A stretch of DNA of 64,000 nt from a virus. A program made the translations under genes and the position numbers. The notes under the pieces were generated by a model. That model was given only the letters and a program-made list of their open reading frames with translations, did no database searches and was not told the DNA's origin. Within the stretch, counting starts at the first letter, position 1, and the number at the start of each line of letters is the position of its first letter. This document shows, one piece after another, positions 20,789 to 30,978 of the stretch. The stretch is taken from positions 77,497-141,496 of the IMG/VR virus record IMGVR_UViG_3300023110_001943, one strand, 5' to 3'.

Positions 20789-23700
20789 GGCTATAATTAA
20801 AAAATTTTCACCCTTTCAAAACTTATCATCCTTTCAAGTATTTTTAAATGATACTGAAAGAACTTCTCAGTACTTTAAAATTACAGAGTTTGAAGATACG
20901 CTTACTGGTGGTAAGAATGGATTTTTAATTGAAGGTTCTGAATATTTAAAAGAATCAACAGAAGTAAAAGTAGAATTACTTGATGTTGAAAACAATCCTA
21001 TATACTTTGAACCTGGTGATGGTATTCCCGAATATTACGAAGGTATCTCTAAATTAGTATCAGTTCATGTTTATGATGATACTCCGATTGGAACTGGTAA
21101 AATTACAATACTTGGTGAACTTAAAAATTATATAGATGAAAATGGTGCGGTTGTTCCTGTTCCTGATGAGTGGAAGGGAATCTATAATGTAAAGTGGGAA
21201 AGAACCTTCCAAGTAAATAAAAATTTAAATAACGAAACTATTGTTCGGTTTTACAAAAGACCTATTGTTAATATAACAGAACTTGTAAAACCAATATTTT
21301 CTAAATCAATACCAACAGTAACCGATACAGGATATGCACATGGTATTTCTGAAACACCAATTGATGGAACTGATATTAGAAATTGGAGAACTGGTACTAT
21401 ATATAGATTAAGAAGAACGAGTGGTACTTGGGATAGAGATGTAGATGAAAATACTATTACGTTTACATCACCAAGTTTTACCGCTAATATCGTAGAAGTT
21501 TTAAACGATACAGATGTTTTGGTTGATGTACCTTATACGATAAATAATTTAGTATCAAACTTTACATCAGGCTCATATTCGGTTTCTTATGCTGATTTTC
21601 AAAACGAAGTTATTGGTGAATCCACCTTAACAGGTTCTTTTGCTAAAATTGATATTACACAACTAAAAACTTTTGTTGGTGATGTAGCAAGAGTAAAGGT
21701 ATTTAGAAAATCAAGAAACTCTGTTGGTGATTTTCAATTTGTACAAGAATCAAAATTAGAATCAACAGAATTACTTCGTGATGTAACAACACCTTCTAAT
21801 ACTGAAATTCCTTATGGAAGATTTGATGAATCAAACTTATCTACATATTGGATTACATCATCAGCTGACCATGAAGTATCAATAGATTCTTCTGTTTTAT
21901 CTCAGGCTGTTAAGTTTGATTATGATTCAGTTCAAGGTGGTGTACAAAGATTAATTACATCTCAATCTTTTTCAATATCTAAAGATGTAGAATATACATT
22001 AAACTTTAGAACTCTTTTAAGTGGTAGTTTAGATGATAGTGGTAAAAGTGTAAGAGCATTCTTTAGTTCTTCAAACTTTACACAAGATTTCCTAACAGCA
22101 AGTGGTTCAGCTATTTATAGAACAAGACAAAATGTATCACAAAATATATTATCAGAAAATACAGGAGATGCACATTTAGTATTTGAAGTAAAAGGTGATG
22201 ATTGGTATGTTTCAAATGTAAGTTTAAAAAATGCACAAGATACTTCTTTCTCACCAGATGAATTTACTTTAATACAAGATATTCCAAGAAAACTAGCATC
22301 TGAAACTTTTGATTTCCGTTTTGAGTTTTATGATATAAACAACAATTATATTCCTGTTGATGTAACTGCAGTTGGAGTATTTGATGGTGGTAATGATTTC
22401 CCAACAAGTGGTAAATTACTAACATTTGAATCAGATAGAAATGCATTTAGATTTACAAGTGGTTCAATAGGAAGTCCACCATTTCAACAACTACAATTTA
22501 AAGTAACTCAAAATAACCTAACAGGTTCGGTGTCATTTGCTTCATCTGCATTTGATGAAGATGGTAACTATATTGACCCATCGAGTTATGGTGGTACATA
22601 TCCTGGTACTCTTACATCGGTTACACCAGCTGGTGCTATTTTACGAATTGCTGATTTTAGTGGTAGTGATGAATCTGTTATAGTAGGTTCTATTGTTTAT
22701 ACCGCCTCTTTAGAAGGATTGGAAGAATTTGAAACTGTTTATAGATTAGAAGATGGAGATAATGCTCCTACCTTATTGGTAACTTCGAATGCAAATCAGT
22801 TTACATATGAACCAACTTCATTAATTCCAAAACCAGTTGGGCAATCAATTACAGTAAGAGCTCAGAGAAAAAATTTAGCATCACTTGTAACACCAATTAC
22901 GGTGAATAGTGGTAGTAACAGACCTGCACTAACTTATGTAGATACTGTTGGTGGAATTGATACTTATACAATTTCTGCTACAGAATTTTCATCATCCTTC
23001 TCAGCAAACTCATTTGATGAAGTAACTTATCAATTTACTGGTTCTGATGTTTTTGGTATTGAACAAACTGATGAAATAACTTTATCTAAGGTAGTAAACT
23101 TTGATGGTGTTTCTATAACTCTTTCTAATGAATCAACTGCATTTAGGTCAAATGGTCAAGGATTAATTTTAGATTCATTTGATAGTGGAGATGGTGAAGT
23201 TGAAGTAAGAATTGCAGATAAAGAAATAGACCATAGTAATGGATTATCATCACCAAATACATTTGATATTGTTTCTGCAACGGCAACGAATGTAACAGAA
23301 GCTTATTCATCTTACTTAACAAATCAGTATGGTATTAACGCAATGAGTGCAGATAGTGGTTCTCTTGTATTAAATATTTCATATCTTGCAGGTGATAATT
23401 CAACTACTCAATCTTTCCAAAAGAAAGTAAATTATAATAAGAATAGAATTGCACAACCATCTATTATAATTGATACTACTAACAAAACACAAAACGTAGA
23501 TGCAAAATCAACGGGTGTACAATTAACTTCTTTTGAAGATTCAACAATTACTGTAAGAGAATTTTATACTGGTTCGGTAACTACATTTTCTTCAAGTGAT
23601 GTTGCAATTTCATTTGATTCAAACCCAAGTACTATTGCAACTGATAATGGGGATTTAACACTTTCATATTCAAACTTAGCAAATGCAACTAATTCTACAC

Positions 23701-26700
23701 AAGTACAATTTACAGCAACTGTAACAGATAGTGAGGGAACAAGTAGAAGTGTATCTGATTCAATTTCCTTATCAAAAACATTAGATGCTGCACCGAATGT
23801 TGAATTTCAAGTAACACCGAGTGCTCAAACTATAACAAGTTATTCAACTGGAGATTCTCCATCTGCGGCTACAAATCTTGTAGTTACCGCAAATGAAGGA
23901 GGTTCGGCTAGAACATTATCCGCTTTAAGTGCAACCGCAAATAGTGATATAACTATTACATCAGCTACATATACGACAGGTGTTATTGTGGTTAATACTT
24001 CTGCTATGAGTTCTGATTCTGGAACTATTACAATTTCGGCATCAACTACAAATAGTGAGGGAACTACCGTAACTAAATCGTTAACTGCTACCATTTCAAA
24101 AGCCAAAGCAGCAACACCTGTTGTATTGGTTAGTGCTACTCCACAGACTCAAAACACCACAGCTAATCCAAGTGGTGTTCAGACTGGTACATTTAATAAT
24201 GTTGTAGTTTCTGTTTCCAATGGTACGTTTGTAGATATGACTAAAACCCAAAGTGGGTTTAGTACCAATCCAACTATATCTTCAAATACGTTAACAATGA
24301 GTTCTGCTGTTATAACAACCGCAAATACAAGTGCATCGGTAACTCTTACAGTAAACTATACCGATAGTGAGGGAACTGATGGTTCTCAAAATATTGTTAT
24401 AACCGTTACAAAATCCAACGATGGTGATAAGGGTGACACAGGTGACCCTGGTGACCCTGGTACAAATGGATTAAAATCTGCTGCTAATATGGTTCATTAC
24501 CAGGTATCATCAACTTCTGCTCCAGCCACACCATCTGCTACATCATACAACTTTGGTACAAATTCATTTACTGGCCTTACTGCAAATTGGGCAACTGGTG
24601 CACCAACTTATGCTTCGGGTAATACAAACAAATATTGGTATTCAACTTATACCGTAACCGAAACAACATCAGGTGGTGGGACAGGCGTACCTTCTTTCTC
24701 AACACCGGTTCAGGCAATTGGATTTAGTGGATTGGTATCATTTACTGCAAACGAAACCGTTGGTGATGGTACAAATAACCTTTCATTTGGTGTTTCGGGT
24801 ACTACACTTATAAATGGTGATAATATTTCAACTGGTCGAATTATATCTACAAATTATGTAACTGGTTCTGGCGATGGGTTTACAAATACTGGTACAGAAT
24901 TTAGTTTAGATGAAGGATTGCTTGCTTCTAAAAACTTTATGATAACACCAGACGGTAGTGCTTTCTTTAAAGGAGATTTGACTGGTGCAAACATTACTGG
25001 TGCAACAGGTACATTTACAGGTACAGTTCAAATTGGTGGAACTACTTTAACAACTGGTAATACTTTAAATGCTAACACAACTGCTGATGATGTAGATTTA
25101 GGTAATGTTGAAAACTTAGATGCACAAAATCAAGCTCAGAGTGGATTGATTTCAGGTACTACAATTACTGGTGGTGGTATAACTTTAAGTGGTGGTGGAA
25201 ATATTAAAGGTGGACAAACTAATTACAATACCGGTACCGGATTCTTTTTGGGATATCACGGAAGTGCATATAAATTTTCAATTGGTAATGCATCTTCTAA
25301 AGGAATAACTTGGGATGGTAATTCATTATCAATAGGTGGTGATGTTAATATTGGTGCTACGTTGGCATCTACTGTTGTAAGTGGTGCTTCTGCTGGAGCT
25401 ACTGCTATACAAAATTCTTCGGAGGTAGATTTATCAGAGGCAGATAACAGTACATCTGGATATCAAAACAACACCGCAACAAGAACAGGTGGTTCAGTTG
25501 GTGGATGGGGCCTTGAACAATATAAAATTAAAGGAGGTGCTCCTACTTCAGGTGGTGATGGTGTTTTTACAAATACAGGTATAATACTTGGTATAGAAAG
25601 TGTTAGTGGAAATGGTTATATATCAGCACAAAACTTCTATGTATCATCTTCAGGTGATGCGTTGTTTGGAGGTACTTTAAGTGGTGCTGATATCTATGGT
25701 GGTACTATTAATATTAATGATAATTTTTATGTAGGTTCATCTGGTACAATGACGGCAAATAATGCCGTTATAAGTGGACAGATAACATCTGAGGATGCTA
25801 CACTTGGTGCATGGTCAGTAGGACCGGATTCAATTGAAGCTGAGAATGGTCAAATATCGTTGAACGCAACTGATGGTACTATATTATTAAAAGATTCAAG
25901 TCTTGTAACAAAAGTAAACTTGAATATTGACAGTTCCTTAACCACACCAGCGGCTGGAGGTAGTATTTCTGGTACTACAAATGCAACAGTACAGACTGAT
26001 GAGGAGACTGTTGCTGCTGATGGTATAAAATATTATTCAACTACTCAAGGAAATGATGCTCAGGATATAGCAAATTTCACACCATCTACAACCGGAACCT
26101 GGTCTATTGGATATTCATATACTCAAGGAAATGGTTCTTATGTATATGCAACCGGTATTGGTAACTATTCTTCAGTATCAGTTTATTTGGAAGTTCGAAC
26201 CGGTGCAAATGGTGGAGGAACTCTTGTAAAATCCGCATATATTCAAAGTCAGTATGCTGCTGGTACTGATTCAGGTAATTTTTCAGTTGATGAAAATACT
26301 AAAATTACATTATCAGATGGAACTACAAAACTTGCAAAAGATATTAAGACAAATGATACTTTGTTAGTTTGGGATGAATCTGTAAATTCATTTAAAGCAT
26401 CAGGTGTTGGTGATATTAGAAAAAAAATAGTTGAAAGGGTATATGAGGTATGTGTTGGTGATATTAAATTAGTAACATCAGAAAATCATGGATTTTGGAT
26501 TGATGGTGGGGCTCAAATAAAAGTACAAGATTTAATAGAAAACCAAACTGAAATTTATGTAAAAGATGGTGAAAATATAAAATTAAAAACAGTAACTTCG
26601 GTAAGGGTGTTGGAAAAACAATCACAAGTTATAACATTTAAAATTCCAAAATATGAAAATTATATTTCTGAAAATATAATATCTCACAACCCGGCAGGAG

Positions 26701-27452
26701 ATGACTACCCGATAATTCAATATGGTTATTTTACTAACCGAACTGGTTCAACATCTATGAACTTATCTTCTGGTACAACTTACTATTTAAGACTTCGTTA
26801 TGATTGGACACGTACTTTAGTAGGTAGTACTTGGACCTCCTCAAGGAATGCGGGGTATTATATGAATTTTGATGGTAATTATTCTGGAAACTCCCTTAAT
26901 GCGGGTACTGAGATAAATAACGCAGGATTACAAGTTTTATCAGGTACAAGCCGTGTATTCAGAGCAGATACGGCCGCGGCAACTGGTCCTTGGCTTACTG
27001 CTATTGGGGGTATGAATGTGGATTACTTTGTACCAAAATACTCCGCTCACACGGCACAATCTAAAGTTTGGGGACAATACAATACTGAATTAGGATATGA
27101 TAAACGAGCGTATCCTGTAACAAGGGCAATGTGTAGATTTACAGTAAGTACTTCTTATGTACCCAGTATAAACAACCCACAAGTAAATGTTGCAACTGTT
27201 AGCCGTAGTGCACAAGGAATATATACAATAACATTAGAAGATGACCTTGGTATTCAAAAAGGACTGCCAATTATAAGTTCATATGGTAGAGCAAATGATT
27301 CACCATCGTATTACCCAAGCGATGCTGAATTTACAAGTAATATGGCAGCAAAACACAATACAACTGCCGATAGTTACACTTTAGGATTTAAGGATAATGA
27401 TAGGAATGATAATGATGACCCATATATGGTTCATTTTGTAGTATTTGGATAA
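20787..27452 (+). CDS. Large tail fibre / receptor-binding protein with Ig-like repeats, short collagen linker and internal Hint domain
   Basis: 2221 aa, Ser/Thr/Gly-rich; GDKGDTGDPGDPGTNG at 24423-24470; beta-helix-like 'GGSVGGW' segments; followed by chaperone-like genes. Confidence 0.75.
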   Translation: MAIIKKFSPFQNLSSFQVFLNDTERTSQYFKITEFEDTLTGGKNGFLIEGSEYLKESTEVKVELLDVENNPIYFEPGDGIPEYYEGISKLVSVHVYDDTPIGTGKITILGELKNYIDENGAVVPVPDEWKGIYNVKWERTFQVNKNLNNETIVRFYKRPIVNITELVKPIFSKSIPTVTDTGYAHGISETPIDGTDIRNWRTGTIYRLRRTSGTWDRDVDENTITFTSPSFTANIVEVLNDTDVLVDVPYTINNLVSNFTSGSYSVSYADFQNEVIGESTLTGSFAKIDITQLKTFVGDVARVKVFRKSRNSVGDFQFVQESKLESTELLRDVTTPSNTEIPYGRFDESNLSTYWITSSADHEVSIDSSVLSQAVKFDYDSVQGGVQRLITSQSFSISKDVEYTLNFRTLLSGSLDDSGKSVRAFFSSSNFTQDFLTASGSAIYRTRQNVSQNILSENTGDAHLVFEVKGDDWYVSNVSLKNAQDTSFSPDEFTLIQDIPRKLASETFDFRFEFYDINNNYIPVDVTAVGVFDGGNDFPTSGKLLTFESDRNAFRFTSGSIGSPPFQQLQFKVTQNNLTGSVSFASSAFDEDGNYIDPSSYGGTYPGTLTSVTPAGAILRIADFSGSDESVIVGSIVYTASLEGLEEFETVYRLEDGDNAPTLLVTSNANQFTYEPTSLIPKPVGQSITVRAQRKNLASLVTPITVNSGSNRPALTYVDTVGGIDTYTISATEFSSSFSANSFDEVTYQFTGSDVFGIEQTDEITLSKVVNFDGVSITLSNESTAFRSNGQGLILDSFDSGDGEVEVRIADKEIDHSNGLSSPNTFDIVSATATNVTEAYSSYLTNQYGINAMSADSGSLVLNISYLAGDNSTTQSFQKKVNYNKNRIAQPSIIIDTTNKTQNVDAKSTGVQLTSFEDSTITVREFYTGSVTTFSSSDVAISFDSNPSTIATDNGDLTLSYSNLANATNSTQVQFTATVTDSEGTSRSVSDSISLSKTLDAAPNVEFQVTPSAQTITSYSTGDSPSAATNLVVTANEGGSARTLSALSATANSDITITSATYTTGVIVVNTSAMSSDSGTITISASTTNSEGTTVTKSLTATISKAKAATPVVLVSATPQTQNTTANPSGVQTGTFNNVVVSVSNGTFVDMTKTQSGFSTNPTISSNTLTMSSAVITTANTSASVTLTVNYTDSEGTDGSQNIVITVTKSNDGDKGDTGDPGDPGTNGLKSAANMVHYQVSSTSAPATPSATSYNFGTNSFTGLTANWATGAPTYASGNTNKYWYSTYTVTETTSGGGTGVPSFSTPVQAIGFSGLVSFTANETVGDGTNNLSFGVSGTTLINGDNISTGRIISTNYVTGSGDGFTNTGTEFSLDEGLLASKNFMITPDGSAFFKGDLTGANITGATGTFTGTVQIGGTTLTTGNTLNANTTADDVDLGNVENLDAQNQAQSGLISGTTITGGGITLSGGGNIKGGQTNYNTGTGFFLGYHGSAYKFSIGNASSKGITWDGNSLSIGGDVNIGATLASTVVSGASAGATAIQNSSEVDLSEADNSTSGYQNNTATRTGGSVGGWGLEQYKIKGGAPTSGGDGVFTNTGIILGIESVSGNGYISAQNFYVSSSGDALFGGTLSGADIYGGTININDNFYVGSSGTMTANNAVISGQITSEDATLGAWSVGPDSIEAENGQISLNATDGTILLKDSSLVTKVNLNIDSSLTTPAAGGSISGTTNATVQTDEETVAADGIKYYSTTQGNDAQDIANFTPSTTGTWSIGYSYTQGNGSYVYATGIGNYSSVSVYLEVRTGANGGGTLVKSAYIQSQYAAGTDSGNFSVDENTKITLSDGTTKLAKDIKTNDTLLVWDESVNSFKASGVGDIRKKIVERVYEVCVGDIKLVTSENHGFWIDGGAQIKVQDLIENQTEIYVKDGENIKLKTVTSVRVLEKQSQVITFKIPKYENYISENIISHNPAGDDYPIIQYGYFTNRTGSTSMNLSSGTTYYLRLRYDWTRTLVGSTWTSSRNAGYYMNFDGNYSGNSLNAGTEINNAGLQVLSGTSRVFRADTAAATGPWLTAIGGMNVDYFVPKYSAHTAQSKVWGQYNTELGYDKRAYPVTRAMCRFTVSTSYVPSINNPQVNVATVSRSAQGIYTITLEDDLGIQKGLPIISSYGRANDSPSYYPSDAEFTSNMAAKHNTTADSYTLGFKDNDRNDNDDPYMVHFVVFG
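26283..26690 (+). other. Hint (mini-intein / BIL-like) domain, 136 aa, inside the tail fibre
   Basis: Block A 'SVDENTKITLSDG..K.AKDI', block B 'VTSENH', block F/G 'VITFKIPKYENYISENIISHN'; +1 residue is Pro. Confidence 0.85.
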
Positions 27453-27467
27453 AAAAAAATAAAATTT

Positions 27468-27761
27468 ATGGAAAAATTATATATTATACACGAAAGTGAG
27501 TTTGGAGAACAAGATACTTGTATATCAACACTCACTGGTAATTGGGAAGAATCTCCTGAAGATATACACTTTACACGATTAGAATGGTGTGCGAAAAAAT
27601 GTGTAAATGCAGGTGCTAGATATGAATTTGTTTCTCAATCACAATTTCCACCTGATTTTGATAATTATACATGGGATTACTCAAATTTTGATGGTTATGG
27701 TAGTTCAAGTCTTTTTACCCAAAGTTGGGATAATTATTTATCACAAAGTTTAGAATTATGA
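27468..27761 (+). CDS. Hypothetical protein, probable tail-fibre assembly partner
   Basis: 97 aa directly after the fibre; 'K.V..G..Y..V....P......W' pattern. Confidence 0.5.
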   Translation: MEKLYIIHESEFGEQDTCISTLTGNWEESPEDIHFTRLEWCAKKCVNAGARYEFVSQSQFPPDFDNYTWDYSNFDGYGSSSLFTQSWDNYLSQSLEL

Positions 27762-28024
27762 GTTGGTCAATAGATAAAAATAAAGCATTAGATAAATTTC
27801 TTAAATCTTACAGATTAGAAAGAAATAAAAAGTTTCAACAACTTGATGTTGAATTTATGAAAGCATTAGAAACAGATGATAGTTCATCTAAAACTAATAT
27901 TATTTCTGATAAAAATTTATTGAGAGATTTTCCCTCATCAATCACAACTTCTTCATTTGACACGATTGATGAATTACATAGTTTATGGCCAACAGGTAGT
28001 TTAGATGTTCCAAGACGTTGGTAA
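27758..28024 (+). CDS. Tail fibre assembly chaperone-like protein
   Basis: 'R.ERNK.F..LD..F....E.....I...K..LRDFP...WP' resembles phage tail assembly chaperones. Confidence 0.6.
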   Translation: MSWSIDKNKALDKFLKSYRLERNKKFQQLDVEFMKALETDDSSSKTNIISDKNLLRDFPSSITTSSFDTIDELHSLWPTGSLDVPRRW

Positions 28025-28063
28025 TTATATTACCTTAAAATAGATTATAAAAATTAAAGGTTT

Positions 28064-29233
28064 ATGAAAATAAATTACAAAGATAGAATTAACGAATATC
28101 TTAAAGGCGATGATATCGATGCGGTGGAACTTGCAAGATTGATGAATAAAATTCTTGATAAGGATAAACAATTAAAAGTAGTTACTGAAAAGAAAAATCA
28201 CATAAAAATTTTACTCACCACAGGTGCTGGTAATACTATTCAAGGTGGAGCAGATATTTGGGTAAATCATTTTTTAAACTTAGTGTGGCCTTTACTTCCA
28301 AATAAAAAAACTTGGAAACTTTTAATTGACTCTAAAAGACCTACTCAGTTCGACCCAAAATCATTACCAAAAGGATTATTATATCATTTTCATTTTGATG
28401 ACCCTGATTTAACAGATAGGTGGTTGGATGAGTGTGAAGAAATTCATTCACTACATTCTCATTATCACAAGAGAGACCATATTTGGCATTGGGAAGATAA
28501 ATTTAAAACTATTTTTGTTCACGCATATCCACGAGAAATGTCAGAGGTGGTAGAAAGTATACCCGAACTTAAAAGATTACAATTTAATACCAAAGTAGAT
28601 GTAAAGTGGTATGAAGAATATTTAATGACATTCAAAAAAAGAATTTGGATTGGAAATAATTATTCTTCTTTATTTGATGAATTTCCGAACTATACTTACA
28701 ATATTCCAAATTTTTATGAATTTAAAAACAATATTCCAATTACAACTCATAGAGAAAACGGTAAGGTTGGATTTGCTTCGAGAATCGAATCGAGAAAGTG
28801 TATTCATTGGATGAATGAATTAGAAGGATATGCTTTAACATCTCAAATGGATTTACAAAACCTTAGAGATACTACAACTTATTCATTACCAAGAATTAAT
28901 TTATTTCAATGGAACCCAGATATTCATCATAATTTTATGTTAAAAAATTGGGGTATATTTCATGGAGCATATTTCAAAGAACCATTTGGATATTCTATTT
29001 TTCAAGCCGTTGATTATGGTAAAGTTCCAATTATAAATAAAGATTGGGCCGAAGAAGTAGAATATGATTATCGAGCTTCTACCATGAATGAATTTAAAAA
29101 GATTGCTAAAAAAATACAAACAGACCCACAACAAAAGATAGAAAAAAACTTTAACAATCTAAAAGATTACATGAAAAAGTTTGATAATAAAGAAGAATGG
29201 GTTGATAAAATTAGAAGTACTATTTTAAAATAA
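28064..29233 (+). CDS. GT-B fold (GT4-like) glycosyltransferase
   Basis: 'QGGADIWV', 'FASRIESRK', 'EPFGYSIFQAVDYGKVPI'. Confidence 0.7.
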   Translation: MKINYKDRINEYLKGDDIDAVELARLMNKILDKDKQLKVVTEKKNHIKILLTTGAGNTIQGGADIWVNHFLNLVWPLLPNKKTWKLLIDSKRPTQFDPKSLPKGLLYHFHFDDPDLTDRWLDECEEIHSLHSHYHKRDHIWHWEDKFKTIFVHAYPREMSEVVESIPELKRLQFNTKVDVKWYEEYLMTFKKRIWIGNNYSSLFDEFPNYTYNIPNFYEFKNNIPITTHRENGKVGFASRIESRKCIHWMNELEGYALTSQMDLQNLRDTTTYSLPRINLFQWNPDIHHNFMLKNWGIFHGAYFKEPFGYSIFQAVDYGKVPIINKDWAEEVEYDYRASTMNEFKKIAKKIQTDPQQKIEKNFNNLKDYMKKFDNKEEWVDKIRSTILK

Positions 29234-29244
29234 TATATTTTTAT

Positions 29245-29254
29245 ATATTTATAT
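29245..29254 (+). promoter_or_regulatory. ATATTTATAT putative late promoter (variant ATATTTATAA at 29274-29283)
   Basis: Intergenic motif at the head of the overlapping glycan operon. Confidence 0.55.
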
Positions 29255-29362
29255 ACGTTTGGTAAAAATTCGTATATTTATAATGGGGGTAAGGGGGTAG
29301 TGCAAGACACTAAGACAACTAACAAAATAAAAATAAAATTAGACACCTATAACTAAAGCACT

Positions 29363-30148
29363 ATGGGTAGTATCCTAAACTACAATCTCGTAAAAGAATA
29401 TCTTACAAACAACTTCACTATAAAAAAAGATGTTAATGGTAAAGAGTACAAGGAACTTACGCCTTTAAAATATCGTTGGACTCATGGTGCAACTGATAAA
29501 CATTTAGGCGATGGGTTATTAATTTATTCTACAATCCAATACATGAGAGCAAAAACTTGTGTATGTTTAGGAAGTGGTGGTGGATTCATTCCAAGAATCA
29601 TGTCTCAAGCAAGAATGGATTTACATGACCAAGAAATATTTGAAGGAAATCAACAAATGGAATGGGGTGATATTGGTACAACAATTCTTGTAGATGCTGA
29701 TAATGGAGTTGGTGGATTTACTGATTGGACTGAAAAAGATTCTTTTTTGAGAACACATTTTCCATGTAGAATTATTTTAGATACTACTGAAAATGCTTAT
29801 TATAACTATTTTGTAAAAGAAGATATTAAGATTGATTATTTACATATTGATGCTGGACATTCATATGAAGATGTAAAAAATGATTTTGAATTATATTCTA
29901 AAATACTTTCACCGAGTGGTATTATTTCTATACACGATACTGATGAGAGTTATGAAAAAGAACACATAGTTACAAATGATGTTTCGGAACAAAAACATCA
30001 TGATGAATTTGCAAATGGCCCATCTAAATTAATCAAAGAATTAAAAGAAAATAACAATTGGGAAATTTTCAACTTTTTTAATAATGGTATATTTAAAAGT
30101 AGACCTTCTTCTACTGGTCTAACATTTGTTCAGAGATGCAAAAAATAA
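29363..30148 (+). CDS. Class I SAM-dependent methyltransferase (Methyltransf_24-like)
   Basis: 'CLGSGGG', 'IDYLHIDAGHSYEDVKNDF', 'L.P.GII.IHD'. Confidence 0.8.
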   Translation: MGSILNYNLVKEYLTNNFTIKKDVNGKEYKELTPLKYRWTHGATDKHLGDGLLIYSTIQYMRAKTCVCLGSGGGFIPRIMSQARMDLHDQEIFEGNQQMEWGDIGTTILVDADNGVGGFTDWTEKDSFLRTHFPCRIILDTTENAYYNYFVKEDIKIDYLHIDAGHSYEDVKNDFELYSKILSPSGIISIHDTDESYEKEHIVTNDVSEQKHHDEFANGPSKLIKELKENNNWEIFNFFNNGIFKSRPSSTGLTFVQRCKK

Positions 30149-30978
30149 ATTTGGTTACAGTTGTTGGACACAACACAACTCTTCTACCACATATGTTAAA
30201 TTATTACAAAGATATTGTTGATAATATCTATGTAGTTGTGTATCGTCAAAACGAGTTAGATGGTATTTTAGAAGAAGTAGTAAATTTTGGTATCAAACCA
30301 TATAAAGTAGTTACAGAGCCAAAATTTAATTGGGAAAGAGTAACAGAATTATATAATGAGGTAAAACAAACCAAACCAGAAGAATGGTGGGTGGTTTCGG
30401 ATGATGATGAACTTCATGTTTACCCAAAACCCTTAAGGGAACTTATCACAGAATGTGATGAGAATGGTTGGGAATTTATCACAGGAGGTTTCCTCGATAG
30501 GATAGGAGAGGGAGGTGAGTTTCCTTTGGTAACAAAAGAAACTAATATTTGGGAATCGTTTCCACTTGCAGGATTTTTTAGATACCCTATGAGTGGAGCA
30601 ATGCCAAACAAATGTTGTGTAATGAAAGGTTCGATAAATGTAACACCAGGTCAACACTTTGCTGTAATTGGTGATACTGATACTTGGAGAGAACGAGGAT
30701 GGAATCATCCTAAAAGATATCCTATTGAAAAAGGATTAATTCAAGTTCATCACTTCAAGTGGGATTCTACAATCTTGAAAAGATTAAAAGAAGTTTCGGA
30801 AACTAAAGAAGATTATTCTTATTGGAAAGAGTACAAAAAAATGTATAGAAATATACAAATAAATGATTGGAAAATTAATATTAATAATCCTGCGTTTATG
30901 ATTAAAAAAATGAATAGTAAAAACTACGATGAATATTCAGAGTGGGAAAACTTATCTAATGTTATAGTAAAGATATAA
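30136..30978 (+). CDS. GT-A fold (GT2-like) glycosyltransferase
   Basis: 'LLPHMLNYY', 'WWVVSDDDEL', 'PGQH', 'VHHFKW'. Confidence 0.75.
   Translation: MQKINLVTVVGHNTTLLPHMLNYYKDIVDNIYVVVYRQNELDGILEEVVNFGIKPYKVVTEPKFNWERVTELYNEVKQTKPEEWWVVSDDDELHVYPKPLRELITECDENGWEFITGGFLDRIGEGGEFPLVTKETNIWESFPLAGFFRYPMSGAMPNKCCVMKGSINVTPGQHFAVIGDTDTWRERGWNHPKRYPIEKGLIQVHHFKWDSTILKRLKEVSETKEDYSYWKEYKKMYRNIQINDWKININNPAFMIKKMNSKNYDEYSEWENLSNVIVKI

Noticed and set aside
26283-26690. Canonical mobile splicing intein
   Set aside because: No homing endonuclease and the +1 residue is Pro; kept as a Hint/BIL-like domain.
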